A DNA stretch of 38,454 nucleotides from Eubacteriales bacterium (GTDB lineage: Bacteria > Bacillota > Clostridia > Peptostreptococcales > Anaerovoracaceae): the NCBI GenBank assembly GCA_029098205.1, contig JAQXNW010000165.1, positions 1 through 38,454 on the forward strand, given 5' to 3'. The notes under the pieces were generated by a model. It saw only the letters and a list, made by a program, of their open reading frames with translations, had not been told where the DNA came from and did not search any database. Each line of letters begins with the position of its first letter. Position 1 is the first letter of the stretch. Made by a program: the position numbers and the translations under genes. Shown piece after piece: positions 16,972 to 29,165 of this stretch.

Positions 16972-18042
16972 TCACGCTTCATCCGGAAGACCGCCGAAAA
17001 TTTCATCGGCCGCGCGCTGAAAATCTCCTGGAATGCGGGCGGTAAACGACCTGCCGTTAAGATACGAATACGCATCCATCATCCGCTCCATCCGGAGCTC
17101 CCGCGCGTGCAGCATCTGCCGGTGTACGCCGAAGGCTTCCATTAAACGGTTAAACTTCGGGTCGCCGTATTTCGGATCTCCGGCAATCGGCCATCCCGCA
17201 TCCGCCAGCTGCGCCCGGATCTGATGCGTCCGTCCGGTTGAAATTTCCACGGAAGCCAGCGTGCACGGATGCCCTCGGAGTTCTCCATACGCCAAAGGAG
17301 AAGCAATCGTTTTCATATATTTTTCTTCAGCTGCCTTTTCAGCAGCTGCTTTCTCGATGACCGTTTTTCCGCCGGCCGCGTTCCCGGTCTTTCCAATCGA
17401 CTCCCCGGAAGAAAGCCGGTCTACCGATACACGGTTCCGATCCGCATTCTTCCGCATATACCCTTTCAGAACGGTTCTCTCCGGAATTTTTCCGCACACA
17501 ATCGCAAGATATCTCTTATGAATCGAATCTCTCGCCCGCATCATTTCATTGAAATCCTTCAGTGCCTGATAATTCTTCCCGAAAAGCACGAGACCGGAGG
17601 TATTCCGATCCAGCCGGTTCACCGACGCCGGCGTGAATGTCTTCTCTTCCCTCGGTTTGAATTCTTCCTTTCCGATCAGATAGTCGATCACCTGATTCGC
17701 AAGATGATTCCGTTTTTCGTTTCGATCTCCATGCGTCAGGAGACCAGCCGGCTTCTCAGCCAGAAGAATGTTCTCGTCTTCATAGCAGATCCGGAATGTT
17801 CTCTTCGCCCGTACCGTCTTTCGAACCCGTCTTAGTTCCGCGATCTCTTCATCCGGAAGATAAAGCTGTATGACATCTCCTTCCTCCAGGATGTACTCCG
17901 CCTTCATCCGCTTTCCATTCACCTTCACGTCCTTCCGCACAATCTTGTAAATCCGGCTGAGCGGCGCGTTTTCCAGGTATTTCCGAAGGAATCGGTCCAA
18001 TCGCTGCTGTTTCTCGTTTTCTCCGATTTCAATTGCAAACAT
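16972..18042 (-). CDS. RluA-family pseudouridine synthase with S4 domain
   Basis: QRLDRFLRK S4 domain, EKPAGL, NRLDRNTSGLV and TGRTHQIRAQL. Start ATG 18042. Confidence 0.92.
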   Translation of the reverse strand: MFAIEIGENEKQQRLDRFLRKYLENAPLSRIYKIVRKDVKVNGKRMKAEYILEEGDVIQLYLPDEEIAELRRVRKTVRAKRTFRICYEDENILLAEKPAGLLTHGDRNEKRNHLANQVIDYLIGKEEFKPREEKTFTPASVNRLDRNTSGLVLFGKNYQALKDFNEMMRARDSIHKRYLAIVCGKIPERTVLKGYMRKNADRNRVSVDRLSSGESIGKTGNAAGGKTVIEKAAAEKAAEEKYMKTIASPLAYGELRGHPCTLASVEISTGRTHQIRAQLADAGWPIAGDPKYGDPKFNRLMEAFGVHRQMLHARELRMERMMDAYSYLNGRSFTARIPGDFQRAADEIFGGLPDEA

Positions 18043-18165
18043 AACAGAAATATTATACATCAGGGTGACGGGTGATAGCAAAAAAATTGTCCTTTGTCCT
18101 ATTCTATGTTAAAATATAAAGCAGAACTTCAGGAAATCTTCAGAAATTTAAAGAAAGGAAGTTTC

Positions 18166-18741
18166 ATGCGAAAGAAAAATTCATCCAAAGATTTCATATA
18201 CAATTACAGTGATATTCTGATCGCCGTTCTGATTCTGGCCGCTGCGGCGCTGATTATCGCGTGGCGCGTACAGGTCATCATGGCGTATCCTTCCACGCTG
18301 ACAAAATCGGATAAGGCAAAGGTGACGGAGGAGGTCAAGAAGGCACAGACCGCGAAATCCGAAAAAAAGAAGGAACAGGCGGAAGCCTCCGGCAAGACAT
18401 CAAACTCGGATTCGAGCAGCGATTCGTCTTCGTCCTCGAAGTCCTCGGATTCTTCTTCTAAATCCTCGAGCTCTTCTTCTAAGTCCTCAAAATCGTCTTC
18501 CAGCTCTCTTTTTAAGAAAGAGAAACTGACGAAGTCTGTCACCGTAAACATCCCGAGCGGATCTCTGGATAACGCGGTGCAGTCACTGGTTGACGCAGGT
18601 TTGTTCGATGACGCGAACGAATACAATACGCTCTGCGCGGCAGCCGGCGTGGATCCGAGTTCGATCAAAACCGGTGAATTCAAGCTGGAGAAGGGCATGT
18701 CAAAAACCGATATCGCGATTCGGGTAACCACATACAATTAA
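18166..18741 (+). CDS. Membrane-anchored protein with Ser-rich linker and YceG/MltG-N-like C-terminal domain
   Basis: TM ILIAVLILAAAALIIAW, poly-Ser linker, and VNIPSGS...LVDAGL...IKTGEFKLEKGMS. Start ATG 18166 after AAGGA. Confidence 0.7.
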   Translation: MRKKNSSKDFIYNYSDILIAVLILAAAALIIAWRVQVIMAYPSTLTKSDKAKVTEEVKKAQTAKSEKKKEQAEASGKTSNSDSSSDSSSSSKSSDSSSKSSSSSSKSSKSSSSSLFKKEKLTKSVTVNIPSGSLDNAVQSLVDAGLFDDANEYNTLCAAAGVDPSSIKTGEFKLEKGMSKTDIAIRVTTYN

Positions 18742-18791
18742 ACAGAAAACTGCCGTATCTCCTCTCTCCGAAATTCGCGTCGGAGAAAGGC

Positions 18792-18825
18792 AATCCCCGT
18801 CCTGCCGGACGGGGATTTTTCTTTC
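18792..18825 (+). terminator. Rho-independent terminator
   Basis: AATCCCCGTCC-tgcc-GGACGGGGATT followed by a T-rich tail. Confidence 0.75.
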
Positions 18826-18931
18826 TTTATTCTCTCTTTTTCCTGTGCATCCTGATCCCCTAAGATAATTCAAATCCGATGCCGGATGCCCGATTCGTAA
18901 ATGCCGCGATGACGCTGCCGCGGCATACGCC

Positions 18932-20389
18932 TTACTTTTCCTCGGCCTCTTCCGTGAGGTCGTCACGGTTGTAGTCGTTCAGAAGCTCATGCTTCAGATC
19001 ATACAGCTTCTGCGAAAGATCCACATAATACGTCTGCGGATTCTCGAACCGGAGCGTCTCCGACCAGAGCGTCTCCAGCTGATCCCGGCAGTAATCACGG
19101 ATTGTTTCAATATCCGGAAGATCATAAACCAGCTCGCCATGGTCAAAAATGCGTTTCCGGATGTCTACCGCGTGGAAATTCCGAAGCGTTTTCTTCTTCC
19201 AGACCGCGTTCGGATCAAAAATCTTGAACTTCTCCCCCGACGGCGTTTCTTCATCATACAGCGTGATCAAATCCGCCAGCGCCTTCCCGCTGTCGTTGTC
19301 ATAAAACCGATAGACCTTCTTAAATCCCGGGTTCGTAATTTTTTCGATGTTCTCGGAAATCTTGATCTTCGGATAGATCGTTCCGTCCGCTTCCACCGCG
19401 CCCAGCTTATATACACCGCCGAACACCGGCTCCGAGCGGGAAGTGATGAGACGCTCACCGACTCCGAAGGAATCAATCTTAGCGCCTTCCATAATGACAT
19501 CCCGGATCAGATACTCATCCAGCGAATTCGAAATCGTGATCGACGCCTCCGGGAAGCCTGCGTCATCCAGAATCTTCCGGCACTGCTTTGTCAGATAAGC
19601 AATGTCGCCGCTGTCAATCCGGATTCCCATCTTCTTCGGTTTGCATTCCCGGAAAACACGGATCGCATTCTTGATGCCCGATTTCAGCACATCATAGGTG
19701 TCGATCAGAAGAATGCAGTTGTCCGGATAGGTTTCCGCATACGCGCGGAACGCGTCATATTCTGTCGGGAACATCTGCACCCAGCTGTGCGCCATCGTTC
19801 CAAGCGCCGGAATCCGGTAATCCCGATCTGAAATCGTGCACGCCGTGCCGCAGCATCCGGCAATATACGCAGCCCGGGCGCCGTAAATCGCGGCCGACGA
19901 GCCATGCGCTCTGCGGGATCCGAATTCCATGACCGGACGTCCCTGCGCCGCGCGGCAGATGCGGCTTGCCTTTGTCGCGATCAGGCTCTCATGGTTCATC
20001 ACCAGAAGGAGCATTGTCTCGACAAACTGCGCCTGAATCACCGGCCCGCGGACCGTAATCAGCGGTTCGTAAGGGAATACCGGCGTTCCTTCCGGAACAG
20101 CCCAGATATCACACACGAACTTAAAATTCTTCAGATAATCCAGGAATTTTTCACTGAAGCAGTTCTTGCTCCGGAGATACGAAATATCTTCATCTGTAAA
20201 TTTAAGATTCTGCAGATATTCGACGACCTGCTCCAGTCCCGCCGTAATCGCGTATCCGCCTCCGTCCGGATTATTCCTGTAGAAATAGTCAAAATATGCG
20301 ATTTCATCCGAAATTCCGGACTCCAGATATCCGTTCGCCATCGTGATTTCGTAGAAATCCGTAAGCATGGTCATATTGCCGTAACCCAT
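18932..20389 (-). CDS. pncB: Nicotinate phosphoribosyltransferase
   Basis: LTDFYEITM, EFGSRRAHG, GTMAHSWVQ, LIDTYD, IRIDSGD and FGGVYKL. Confidence 0.95.
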   Translation of the reverse strand: MGYGNMTMLTDFYEITMANGYLESGISDEIAYFDYFYRNNPDGGGYAITAGLEQVVEYLQNLKFTDEDISYLRSKNCFSEKFLDYLKNFKFVCDIWAVPEGTPVFPYEPLITVRGPVIQAQFVETMLLLVMNHESLIATKASRICRAAQGRPVMEFGSRRAHGSSAAIYGARAAYIAGCCGTACTISDRDYRIPALGTMAHSWVQMFPTEYDAFRAYAETYPDNCILLIDTYDVLKSGIKNAIRVFRECKPKKMGIRIDSGDIAYLTKQCRKILDDAGFPEASITISNSLDEYLIRDVIMEGAKIDSFGVGERLITSRSEPVFGGVYKLGAVEADGTIYPKIKISENIEKITNPGFKKVYRFYDNDSGKALADLITLYDEETPSGEKFKIFDPNAVWKKKTLRNFHAVDIRKRIFDHGELVYDLPDIETIRDYCRDQLETLWSETLRFENPQTYYVDLSQKLYDLKHELLNDYNRDDLTEEAEEK

Positions 20390-20512
20390 GGTGCTTCCGT
20401 CCTCCGCTTTCCATTTGCGTTAAAAAAATGTAATAATTATGGAATTTCAAAATTAATTTTGCCTTGATTATACGCCTGTTCCATGGTCACTTCAAGAAAG
20501 CAGCGTCCCGAA

Positions 20513-23347
20513 TCACTTCCGGAGCATCTTTTTCAGGAACTGCCCTGTATACGATTCGGGAACCTCGGACACTTCCTCCGGCGTTCCTTCCGCAACGATC
20601 GTTCCGCCCCGGTCTCCGCCGTCCGGTCCCAGATCGATGATATGATCCGCCTGCTTGATGACGTCAAGATTGTGCTCGATGACTACCACCGTATTTCCCT
20701 GATCCGTCAGCTGCTGTAAAACCGAAAGCAGCTTGTCGACATCCGCGAAATGAAGCCCGGTCGTCGGCTCATCGAGAATATACAGTGTATTCCCGGTGCC
20801 CCTCCGCGAAAGCTCCGTCGCCAGTTTCACACGCTGCGCTTCGCCGCCGGAGAGCTCCGTCGACGGCTGTCCCAGCTTAATATAATCGAGGCCGACCTGG
20901 TGAAGCGTCGTGAGCTTCCGATAAATCGACGGAACGTTCCGGAAGAAATCCAATGCCTCCGCAACGGTCATTTCCAAAACATCCGATATGTTTTTCCCTT
21001 TATACTTCACTTCCAGCGTTTCCCGGTTATACCTTTTCCCGCGGCATACCTCACAGGGGACATAGACATCCGAAAGAAAATGCATCTCGATCTTCGTGAT
21101 GCCGTCGCCCTTGCATGCCTCACCCCGGCCGCCTTTTACATTAAAGCTGAAACGGCCCTTGCCGAATCCCCGCATCTTCGCGTCCGGCGTCGCTGCAAAC
21201 AGATCCCGGATCTGCGTGAACATTCCTGTATACGTCGCCGGATTCGACCGCGGCGTGCGTCCGATCGGAGACTGGTCGATCGCAATGACTTTGTCCAGCT
21301 GCTCCAGGCCTTCCACCGCCCGGCACTGACCCGGCGTCTCCTCGGCGCCGTTTAAGAACACCGCCGCGCTCTTGCAGAGAATTTCATTGACCAGCGTACT
21401 CTTTCCGGATCCGGATACGCCGGTGACGCAGATGAATTTCCCAAGCGGGAAACGCACATTGATATTCTTCAGATTATTCTCTTTCGCGCCGCGGACCCAG
21501 ACCGAAAGTCCATTCCCCGGCCGGCGGTTCTCCGGAACCCCGATTTTCTTCTTCCCGGAAAGATACTGACCGGTGATCGACTCCGGGCAGGCCATGATAT
21601 CCTCTACGGTGCCCTGCGCCACAAGTCTTCCGCCGTTGATTCCGGCTCCAGGCCCGACGTCGATGATATGATCCGCCGCGTACATCGTATCCTCGTCATG
21701 TTCGACGACGATCAGCGTATTTCCGATATCGGTAAGATGACGCATCATAGCCAGAAGCTTCTCATTATCCTTCTGGTGAAGTCCGATGCTCGGCTCATCC
21801 AGGATATACAGAACGCCCTGAAGACCGGAACCGATCTGCGTCGCAAGCCGGATTCTCTGCGCCTCCCCGCCGGAGAGCGTTCCTGCCGAACGGGATAAAG
21901 TCAGATAGTCAAGTCCCACATCCACGAGGAAGCGGAGTCTTGCGCGGATTTCCTTAATGATCTGATTCGCAATCAGCATCTGCGTGTCCGAAAGCCTGAG
22001 ATGATCCATAAATTCCATGGAATTCCGCACGGACATGTCGGAAAGCTCCGCAATGTTTTTGCCGCCCACCGTCACAGCGAGCACCTCCGGCTTGAGACGC
22101 TTTCCGCCACAGTCCGGGCATTTCTTCGTGACCATGTATTTTTCCATCCATTCACGGAAGAAATCCGATCCGCTTTCCCGGTAGCGCCGCTCCATATTGC
22201 TGATCAGTCCCTCGAACGGATGATCCCGGTGCTGCACTTTTCCGGAGGAAGATACATAATCGTATTTCAAATGCCTCCGGCCGGTGCCGTACTCCAGTTC
22301 TTTCCGGAATTTCGCCGGCAAATCCTTATATGGAACGGAAAGATCGACGCCGTGTTCCTCTGCCAGCACCTGCACGATCCTTTTATAGAAGCCGGAATAC
22401 TCCATCGACGCGTAAATCCGGCTGAGCGCCCCGTCATTAATGCTGTCTTCGAATTTGATGACCTTCTTCGGATCCACCTTTTCCGTAAATCCGAGGCCGT
22501 TGCAGGACGGGCACGCGCCGAACGGGCTGTTGAAGGAAAAGACCCGGGGCTCCAGCTCCTCGATGCTGACGCCATGCTCCGGGCATGCCAGATTCGTCGA
22601 GAATGTCTGTTCTTTCTGATAGTCTCCATCCTGAAACCAGATCGTCACGAGGCCCTGCCCTTCCTTCAGAGCCAGCTCGATCGCCTCCGACAGCCGTTCT
22701 TCCTGTCCTTCCCGGACAATCACCCGGTCCACGACGATTTCGATCGTATGCTTGAATTTCTTGTCCAGCGTGATTTCATCCTCATCCAGCAGCCGGATCT
22801 CACCGTCGACCCGGACTCTCGTATATCCGTCCCGGCGGATCCGGTCCAGAAGCTTGGCATGTTCGCCTTTCCTCTGGCGGACCACCGGCGCCATGATCAT
22901 AACCCTTGTCTTCTCCGGATAGTCCATCACGGCGTCCACGATCTGATCCACCGTCTGGCTGCTGATCTCGCGGCCGCAGACGGGGCAGTGCGGAATTCCC
23001 ACTCTGGCGTAAAGAAGCCGGAGATAGTCATGAATTTCCGTCACGGTTCCGACGGTTGATCTGGGGTTTCGGCTCGTCGTCTTCTGATCGATCGAAATCG
23101 CCGGGGAAAGCCCTTCAATGGATTCCACATCCGGTTTGTCCATCTGCCCTAGAAACTGCCTCGCATAGGAGGAAAGACTCTCGATATACCGCCTCTGCCC
23201 CTCCGCGTAGATTGTATCAAAAGCCAAAGATGACTTGCCCGATCCGGAAAGTCCGGTCAGAACGACCATTTTGTCTCTCGGGATCCGTACGCTGAAATTC
23301 TTCAGATTATTAACATTCGCATTCTTGATTACGATTTCGTCTGCCAT
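20513..23347 (-). CDS. uvrA: Excinuclease ABC subunit A
   Basis: Two ABC ATPase modules (GLSGSGKSS and [17 protein letters not shown]) plus zinc fingers; 944 aa. Confidence 0.98.
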   Translation of the reverse strand: MADEIVIKNANVNNLKNFSVRIPRDKMVVLTGLSGSGKSSLAFDTIYAEGQRRYIESLSSYARQFLGQMDKPDVESIEGLSPAISIDQKTTSRNPRSTVGTVTEIHDYLRLLYARVGIPHCPVCGREISSQTVDQIVDAVMDYPEKTRVMIMAPVVRQRKGEHAKLLDRIRRDGYTRVRVDGEIRLLDEDEITLDKKFKHTIEIVVDRVIVREGQEERLSEAIELALKEGQGLVTIWFQDGDYQKEQTFSTNLACPEHGVSIEELEPRVFSFNSPFGACPSCNGLGFTEKVDPKKVIKFEDSINDGALSRIYASMEYSGFYKRIVQVLAEEHGVDLSVPYKDLPAKFRKELEYGTGRRHLKYDYVSSSGKVQHRDHPFEGLISNMERRYRESGSDFFREWMEKYMVTKKCPDCGGKRLKPEVLAVTVGGKNIAELSDMSVRNSMEFMDHLRLSDTQMLIANQIIKEIRARLRFLVDVGLDYLTLSRSAGTLSGGEAQRIRLATQIGSGLQGVLYILDEPSIGLHQKDNEKLLAMMRHLTDIGNTLIVVEHDEDTMYAADHIIDVGPGAGINGGRLVAQGTVEDIMACPESITGQYLSGKKKIGVPENRRPGNGLSVWVRGAKENNLKNINVRFPLGKFICVTGVSGSGKSTLVNEILCKSAAVFLNGAEETPGQCRAVEGLEQLDKVIAIDQSPIGRTPRSNPATYTGMFTQIRDLFAATPDAKMRGFGKGRFSFNVKGGRGEACKGDGITKIEMHFLSDVYVPCEVCRGKRYNRETLEVKYKGKNISDVLEMTVAEALDFFRNVPSIYRKLTTLHQVGLDYIKLGQPSTELSGGEAQRVKLATELSRRGTGNTLYILDEPTTGLHFADVDKLLSVLQQLTDQGNTVVVIEHNLDVIKQADHIIDLGPDGGDRGGTIVAEGTPEEVSEVPESYTGQFLKKMLRK

Positions 23348-23383
23348 TTTACGTTTTCTGCTCCTGCCTGCTGTTTCTGCCCT

Positions 23384-25348
<1,965 letters not shown>

Positions 25349-25453
25349 TGAATGATTTATACCCCGTAAATTCCGTACTATAAATAAATCCTGAACTCTG
25401 GTAAATTTCCGTGCTATGAAAAGATCCAAAGCCCTTATTCCGAGAATAAAAAA

Positions 25454-25494
25454 GAACCTGTGTTCTTTTATTATACACGTTTCAACACAAGTTC
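25454..25494. promoter_or_regulatory. Two LexA (SOS/Cheo) boxes flanking the uvrB -10 element
   Basis: GAAC-CTGT-GTTC at 25454-25465 and CAAC-ACAA-GTTC at 25483-25494, with minus-strand TATAAT at 25470-25475 between them. Confidence 0.75.
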
Positions 25495-25562
25495 TCTTAT
25501 TTTTTATTTATTTTTCCGCCGGCTTTCATATTTAATTTCCACCGCACTGAATTTCCACCGCT

Positions 25563-26162
25563 CTAGAGCTCCGTCCGCCCTTCCAGCGCCTTCAAAAGCG
25601 TCACCTCATCGGCATATTCCAGATCGCCTCCGATCGGAATTCCATGCGCAATCCGGCTCACACGGATTCCCGAAGGCTTGAGAAGCCGCGCGATGTACGT
25701 CGCGGTGGCTTCTCCCTCAACGCTTGGATTCGTCGCGAGGATCACCTCTGTAATTTCCGGATGCTTCTGCAGGCGGAGAATCAAAGACCGAAGATTGATG
25801 TCGTCCGGCCCGATTCCTTCCATCGGCGAAATGACTCCATTCAGAACATGGTAAAGCCCGCGGTACTCCTGCACCCGCTCCACAGCCAGCACGTCCTGCT
25901 GCGTCTCCACGACACAGACCATATCCTGTCTCCGCTTCGGATCGCTGCAGATCGCGCAGGGATCCTGATCCGTCAGATTGCCGCAGACAGAGCAGAAGTG
26001 CATCGTCCTTTTCGCGTCCACGATGGAATCCGCCAGACTTTCCGCCTCCTGATCCTGCATGGAGAGAATGTAATATGCCAGCCGGGACGCTGTTTTGCTC
26101 CCGATTCCGGGAAGCTTCGAAAGCTCACCGATCAGCCTTCCAAGAGGCTTTGGATACTGCAT
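25563..26162 (-). CDS. recR: Recombination mediator RecR
   Basis: LPGIGSKTA HhH, C4 zinc finger, and [17 protein letters not shown]. Confidence 0.97.
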   Translation of the reverse strand: MQYPKPLGRLIGELSKLPGIGSKTASRLAYYILSMQDQEAESLADSIVDAKRTMHFCSVCGNLTDQDPCAICSDPKRRQDMVCVVETQQDVLAVERVQEYRGLYHVLNGVISPMEGIGPDDINLRSLILRLQKHPEITEVILATNPSVEGEATATYIARLLKPSGIRVSRIAHGIPIGGDLEYADEVTLLKALEGRTEL

Positions 26163-26177
26163 CGTCCGCCGCCTTCC

Positions 26178-26531
26178 TTACAGCCCCGGAATTCCAAGGC
26201 CGCCTGTCAGCTTCCCGTATTCATTCTGCGAAAGCTCATCGACCTGCCGCATTCCTTCGTTCACCGCGGTAATGATCAGATCCTGCAGTGTTTCCACATC
26301 GTCCGGATCTACGACGTCCGGATCTAGCGTGAGCGCAGTCAGCTCCTTCTTTCCGTTCATCGTCACGGATACCACGCCGCCACCCGCCGTTGCGGTAACT
26401 TCCTTCGCTTCCAGATCCTGCTGCATTTCCTCCATCTGCTTCTGAAGCGCCTGCACCTGCTGCATCTGCGCTTTACGGCCGCTCTGCGCCGGCGCCTTCG
26501 GGCGTCTTCCGGCTCTCATACCTCTTCCCAT
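26178..26531 (-). CDS. ybaB: YbaB/EbfC nucleoid-associated protein
   Basis: AGGGVVSVTMNG and DPDDVETLQDLI; lies between dnaX and recR. Confidence 0.92.
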   Translation of the reverse strand: MGRGMRAGRRPKAPAQSGRKAQMQQVQALQKQMEEMQQDLEAKEVTATAGGGVVSVTMNGKKELTALTLDPDVVDPDDVETLQDLIITAVNEGMRQVDELSQNEYGKLTGGLGIPGL

Positions 26532-26559
26532 TTTTCAGTCCTTTCATATTCTATTACGC

Positions 26560-28467
26560 TTATTGTTTACGCTTACTGTCATTAACAACACGAACCGGAA
26601 TACCTAGAAGCTCGGAAGCCTGCTCCGCTTCCTCTGCGATCGGATCCGGATCATCCGTACTCTCCGGATCATCCATCATCCTGACCGCCATCCGCACCGG
26701 CCGCCCCAGCCTGTTTGACATCTCGCGGTCAATCAGATCCTGGTTTCTTTCCAGAACCTGTTTCTGGATATTCGACGATACGATGACGCGGTACTCTGCA
26801 TCTCCGACCGCAGACAGTACTGACATTCGCATCGCGTTCAGCTGCGGGCTGACCGCCTCTAAGCTTTCGAACACCTCGTTCCAGAGCTCAGTTCGCTGTT
26901 CTTTCGTTTCTTCCGTATCTTCGCTTTTCGCATCTTCGCCGGAAGAAGCGGTTCCCTGCATCGGAATTTCCGAATTTCCATTATCTCCATTCCGTGGTTC
27001 CCGGAAATCCGCTGGAATTTCGCCTCTTCCGGAAAAACCCTTCTCAGAAAGATTATCTCCGCCGCTTCGCTCCGCCGCTTCTCCGGCAGGAACCGCATCC
27101 GCATCCTCGGGCACACCGATGTCCGAATTCGATCTTTCACGGGTCTTCGTCCCGGCAGCCGAACCCATTCTTTCATGGTCGGAAACGCTGACAGAGGAAC
27201 CCGTTCTTTCGAGGCCTTGCGTCCCGGCGTCTGAATCATTTCTTTCACGGCCGGGCATTCCGCCTATCGGACTTTGTTTCGGAAAATTTCCCCGAGGATC
27301 CGGCCAGCTTCCTCTCGAACCGGCATTCCGCCGGAAGTTTCCGCCTCCGGCAAGCGGGGCCGGCGGCTTTCCATATTCCATCCCAGTTGCGATGGATACA
27401 ATCGCGACTTCCATCAAAGTGCGTGTCTGCGTCGAATACCTTGCGTCATTGATCGCCTTTGCCAAAGTGATAATCGCGTTTTCGAGCTCCGATACTTCGA
27501 TCCGCTCGCTCTGCTCCCGAAGTCCGCGGATTGTATCCTCGGACATGTTCAGAATTTCCTCCGGATCCGGCACATATTTCGCGATAAGAACCGCCCGAAG
27601 ATGCGCCATCCAGTCCTTCATCAGCTGCCGGACATCCTTTCCTTCCCGAATCGCCCGGTCCAGAAGCAGAAACGCCTGCGCGATGTTTCTCGTCATCACT
27701 TTCTCGGTGAGTTCCAGAAAGAACGACTCTGAAACGGTGCCGAGAAGATCCAGCACGTCCTCTTTCCCTATTTCGGGAAGACCCGCCGACAGGCACTGCT
27801 CCAGAATGCTCAGCGAATCACGGACCGATCCATCCGCGTTCGCCGAAAGAAGACGAAGCGCCTCATCGCTGATTTTTACGCCTCTTTTCTCGCAGATGCT
27901 CCGCATATTTTCAGCCAGAATATCCGCGGGAACGCGCCGGAAATCCAGCCGCATGCAGCGGGATTTCACGGTCTGGGAAAGCATCTCCGGATTCGTCGTC
28001 GCCAAAATAAAAAGAACATCCTCCGGAGGTTCTTCCAACGTCTTAAGAAGCGCGTTATAGGCACCGGGGGTCAGCATATGCACCTCGTCGATGATATATA
28101 CTTTCTTTCGGCCGACAGCCGGCGGATAATTTACGCTTTCCCGTAATTCCCGGATATTATCCACTCCGTTATTGGAAGCCGCGTCGATTTCGATGACATC
28201 CATAAAATTGCCGGCGGCAATCGCCCGGCAGTTCGCGCATACGCCGCAGGGCCGGTTCTTCCGATCCGGATCCAGACAGTTTACCGCCTTCGCCAGAATC
28301 CGGGCCGTCGTCGTCTTTCCGGTTCCCCTTGTTCCGGCAAACAGATACGCATGACTCACAGTATCCGTTTCAATCTGATGCCGGAGAATCCTGACTACTG
28401 CGTCCTGCCCCAGAATTTCCGAAAAGACCTCCGGCCTGGTCTCCCGATAGAGCGCTCTGTATTTCAT
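26560..28467 (-). CDS. dnaX: DNA polymerase III subunit gamma/tau
   Basis: ALYRE.RP..F, GTRGTGKTT, EIDAASNNGVD, IIDEVHML and SRC. Start ATG 28467 after GGAGG. Confidence 0.96.
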   Translation of the reverse strand: MKYRALYRETRPEVFSEILGQDAVVRILRHQIETDTVSHAYLFAGTRGTGKTTTARILAKAVNCLDPDRKNRPCGVCANCRAIAAGNFMDVIEIDAASNNGVDNIRELRESVNYPPAVGRKKVYIIDEVHMLTPGAYNALLKTLEEPPEDVLFILATTNPEMLSQTVKSRCMRLDFRRVPADILAENMRSICEKRGVKISDEALRLLSANADGSVRDSLSILEQCLSAGLPEIGKEDVLDLLGTVSESFFLELTEKVMTRNIAQAFLLLDRAIREGKDVRQLMKDWMAHLRAVLIAKYVPDPEEILNMSEDTIRGLREQSERIEVSELENAIITLAKAINDARYSTQTRTLMEVAIVSIATGMEYGKPPAPLAGGGNFRRNAGSRGSWPDPRGNFPKQSPIGGMPGRERNDSDAGTQGLERTGSSVSVSDHERMGSAAGTKTRERSNSDIGVPEDADAVPAGEAAERSGGDNLSEKGFSGRGEIPADFREPRNGDNGNSEIPMQGTASSGEDAKSEDTEETKEQRTELWNEVFESLEAVSPQLNAMRMSVLSAVGDAEYRVIVSSNIQKQVLERNQDLIDREMSNRLGRPVRMAVRMMDDPESTDDPDPIAEEAEQASELLGIPVRVVNDSKRKQ

Positions 28468-28550
28468 GACCGCCTCCCATATGATCCATCCCGCGGAAAA
28501 TCCCGAAAAGCGGCATTCGGATCCGGATTGCTCCGCGTAGAGAACATAAA

Positions 28551-28713
28551 CTTTGCCCTTTAGCAGCTCCGCATGACGATGGAGAAGGCTGATCCGCGGC
28601 ACATAAGAACTTCCGCTTATTGCTGCTTCCTTCCGGATCTGACAAGGTTCACGGCATCCTATTGCGCGGGGCCCGGACCATGCCAGACGAAGCTGATAAA
28701 GGGCAAAATTTCT
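28551..28713 (-). ncRNA. ffs: Signal recognition particle RNA
   Basis: Domain IV GTGAACCTTGTCAGATCCGGAAGGAAGCAGC; terminal stem TTTGCCCTTTA/TAAAGGGCAAA; usual position upstream of dnaX. Ends are approximate. Confidence 0.9.
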
Positions 28714-28719
28714 TTGTTA

Positions 28720-28748
28720 ATTATACTTATTTCAAGAGACTGTGTCAA
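28720..28748 (-). promoter_or_regulatory. Consensus sigma-A promoter for SRP RNA/dnaX
   Basis: TTGACA-17 nt-TATAAT, a perfect match. Confidence 0.85.
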
Positions 28749-28773
28749 ACTTTCCATTTTGCATCTTGTCATT

Positions 28774-28828
28774 TATATCGAACCATGATATATTTATATC
28801 GAGCTTAGATATATCAATGATCGATAGT
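28774..28828. promoter_or_regulatory. Triple inverted repeat, probable PadR operator
   Basis: TATATC-N7-GATATA at 28774-28792 and 28795-28813; TATATC-N7-GATAGT at 28810-28828. Confidence 0.6.
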
Positions 28829-28847
28829 ATGACAGGAGGGTGATGCG

Positions 28848-29165
28848 ATGGATGCGAGAATAGAAAAAATCTACTGTCCGATGACCGAATCCGCTTTCTA
28901 CATCCTGCTGTCTCTGCAGCAGGAGCGGCACGGATACGGCATTACGCAGCGTGTGAAGAAGCTTACGAAAAACCACATCGTCATCGGCCCGGGGACGATG
29001 TACGGAACCCTTGCCAAAATGGAAAACGATGGGCTGATTGAATTGACGAAGGTCGCTGAAAAACGAAAATACTACCGAATCACCCCTCTGGGAATGGAAG
29101 TACTGAACCGGGAGAAAGAACGAATCCGATACCTCTACCAGATTGTTCAGGAGGATGAGACATGA
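28848..29165 (+). CDS. PadR-family transcriptional regulator
   Basis: YILLSL..ERHGYGI, GPGTMYGTL and RKYYRITPLG. Confidence 0.92.
   Translation: MDARIEKIYCPMTESAFYILLSLQQERHGYGITQRVKKLTKNHIVIGPGTMYGTLAKMENDGLIELTKVAEKRKYYRITPLGMEVLNREKERIRYLYQIVQEDET

Noticed and set aside
26900-27400. Low-complexity insert in dnaX as a possible intein or foreign insertion
   Set aside because: No intein terminal motifs; DnaX normally has a variable disordered linker here.
28468-28602. N-terminal extension of DnaX in the ORF track
   Set aside because: Overlaps the SRP RNA; the true start is ATG 28467 with a GGAGG RBS.
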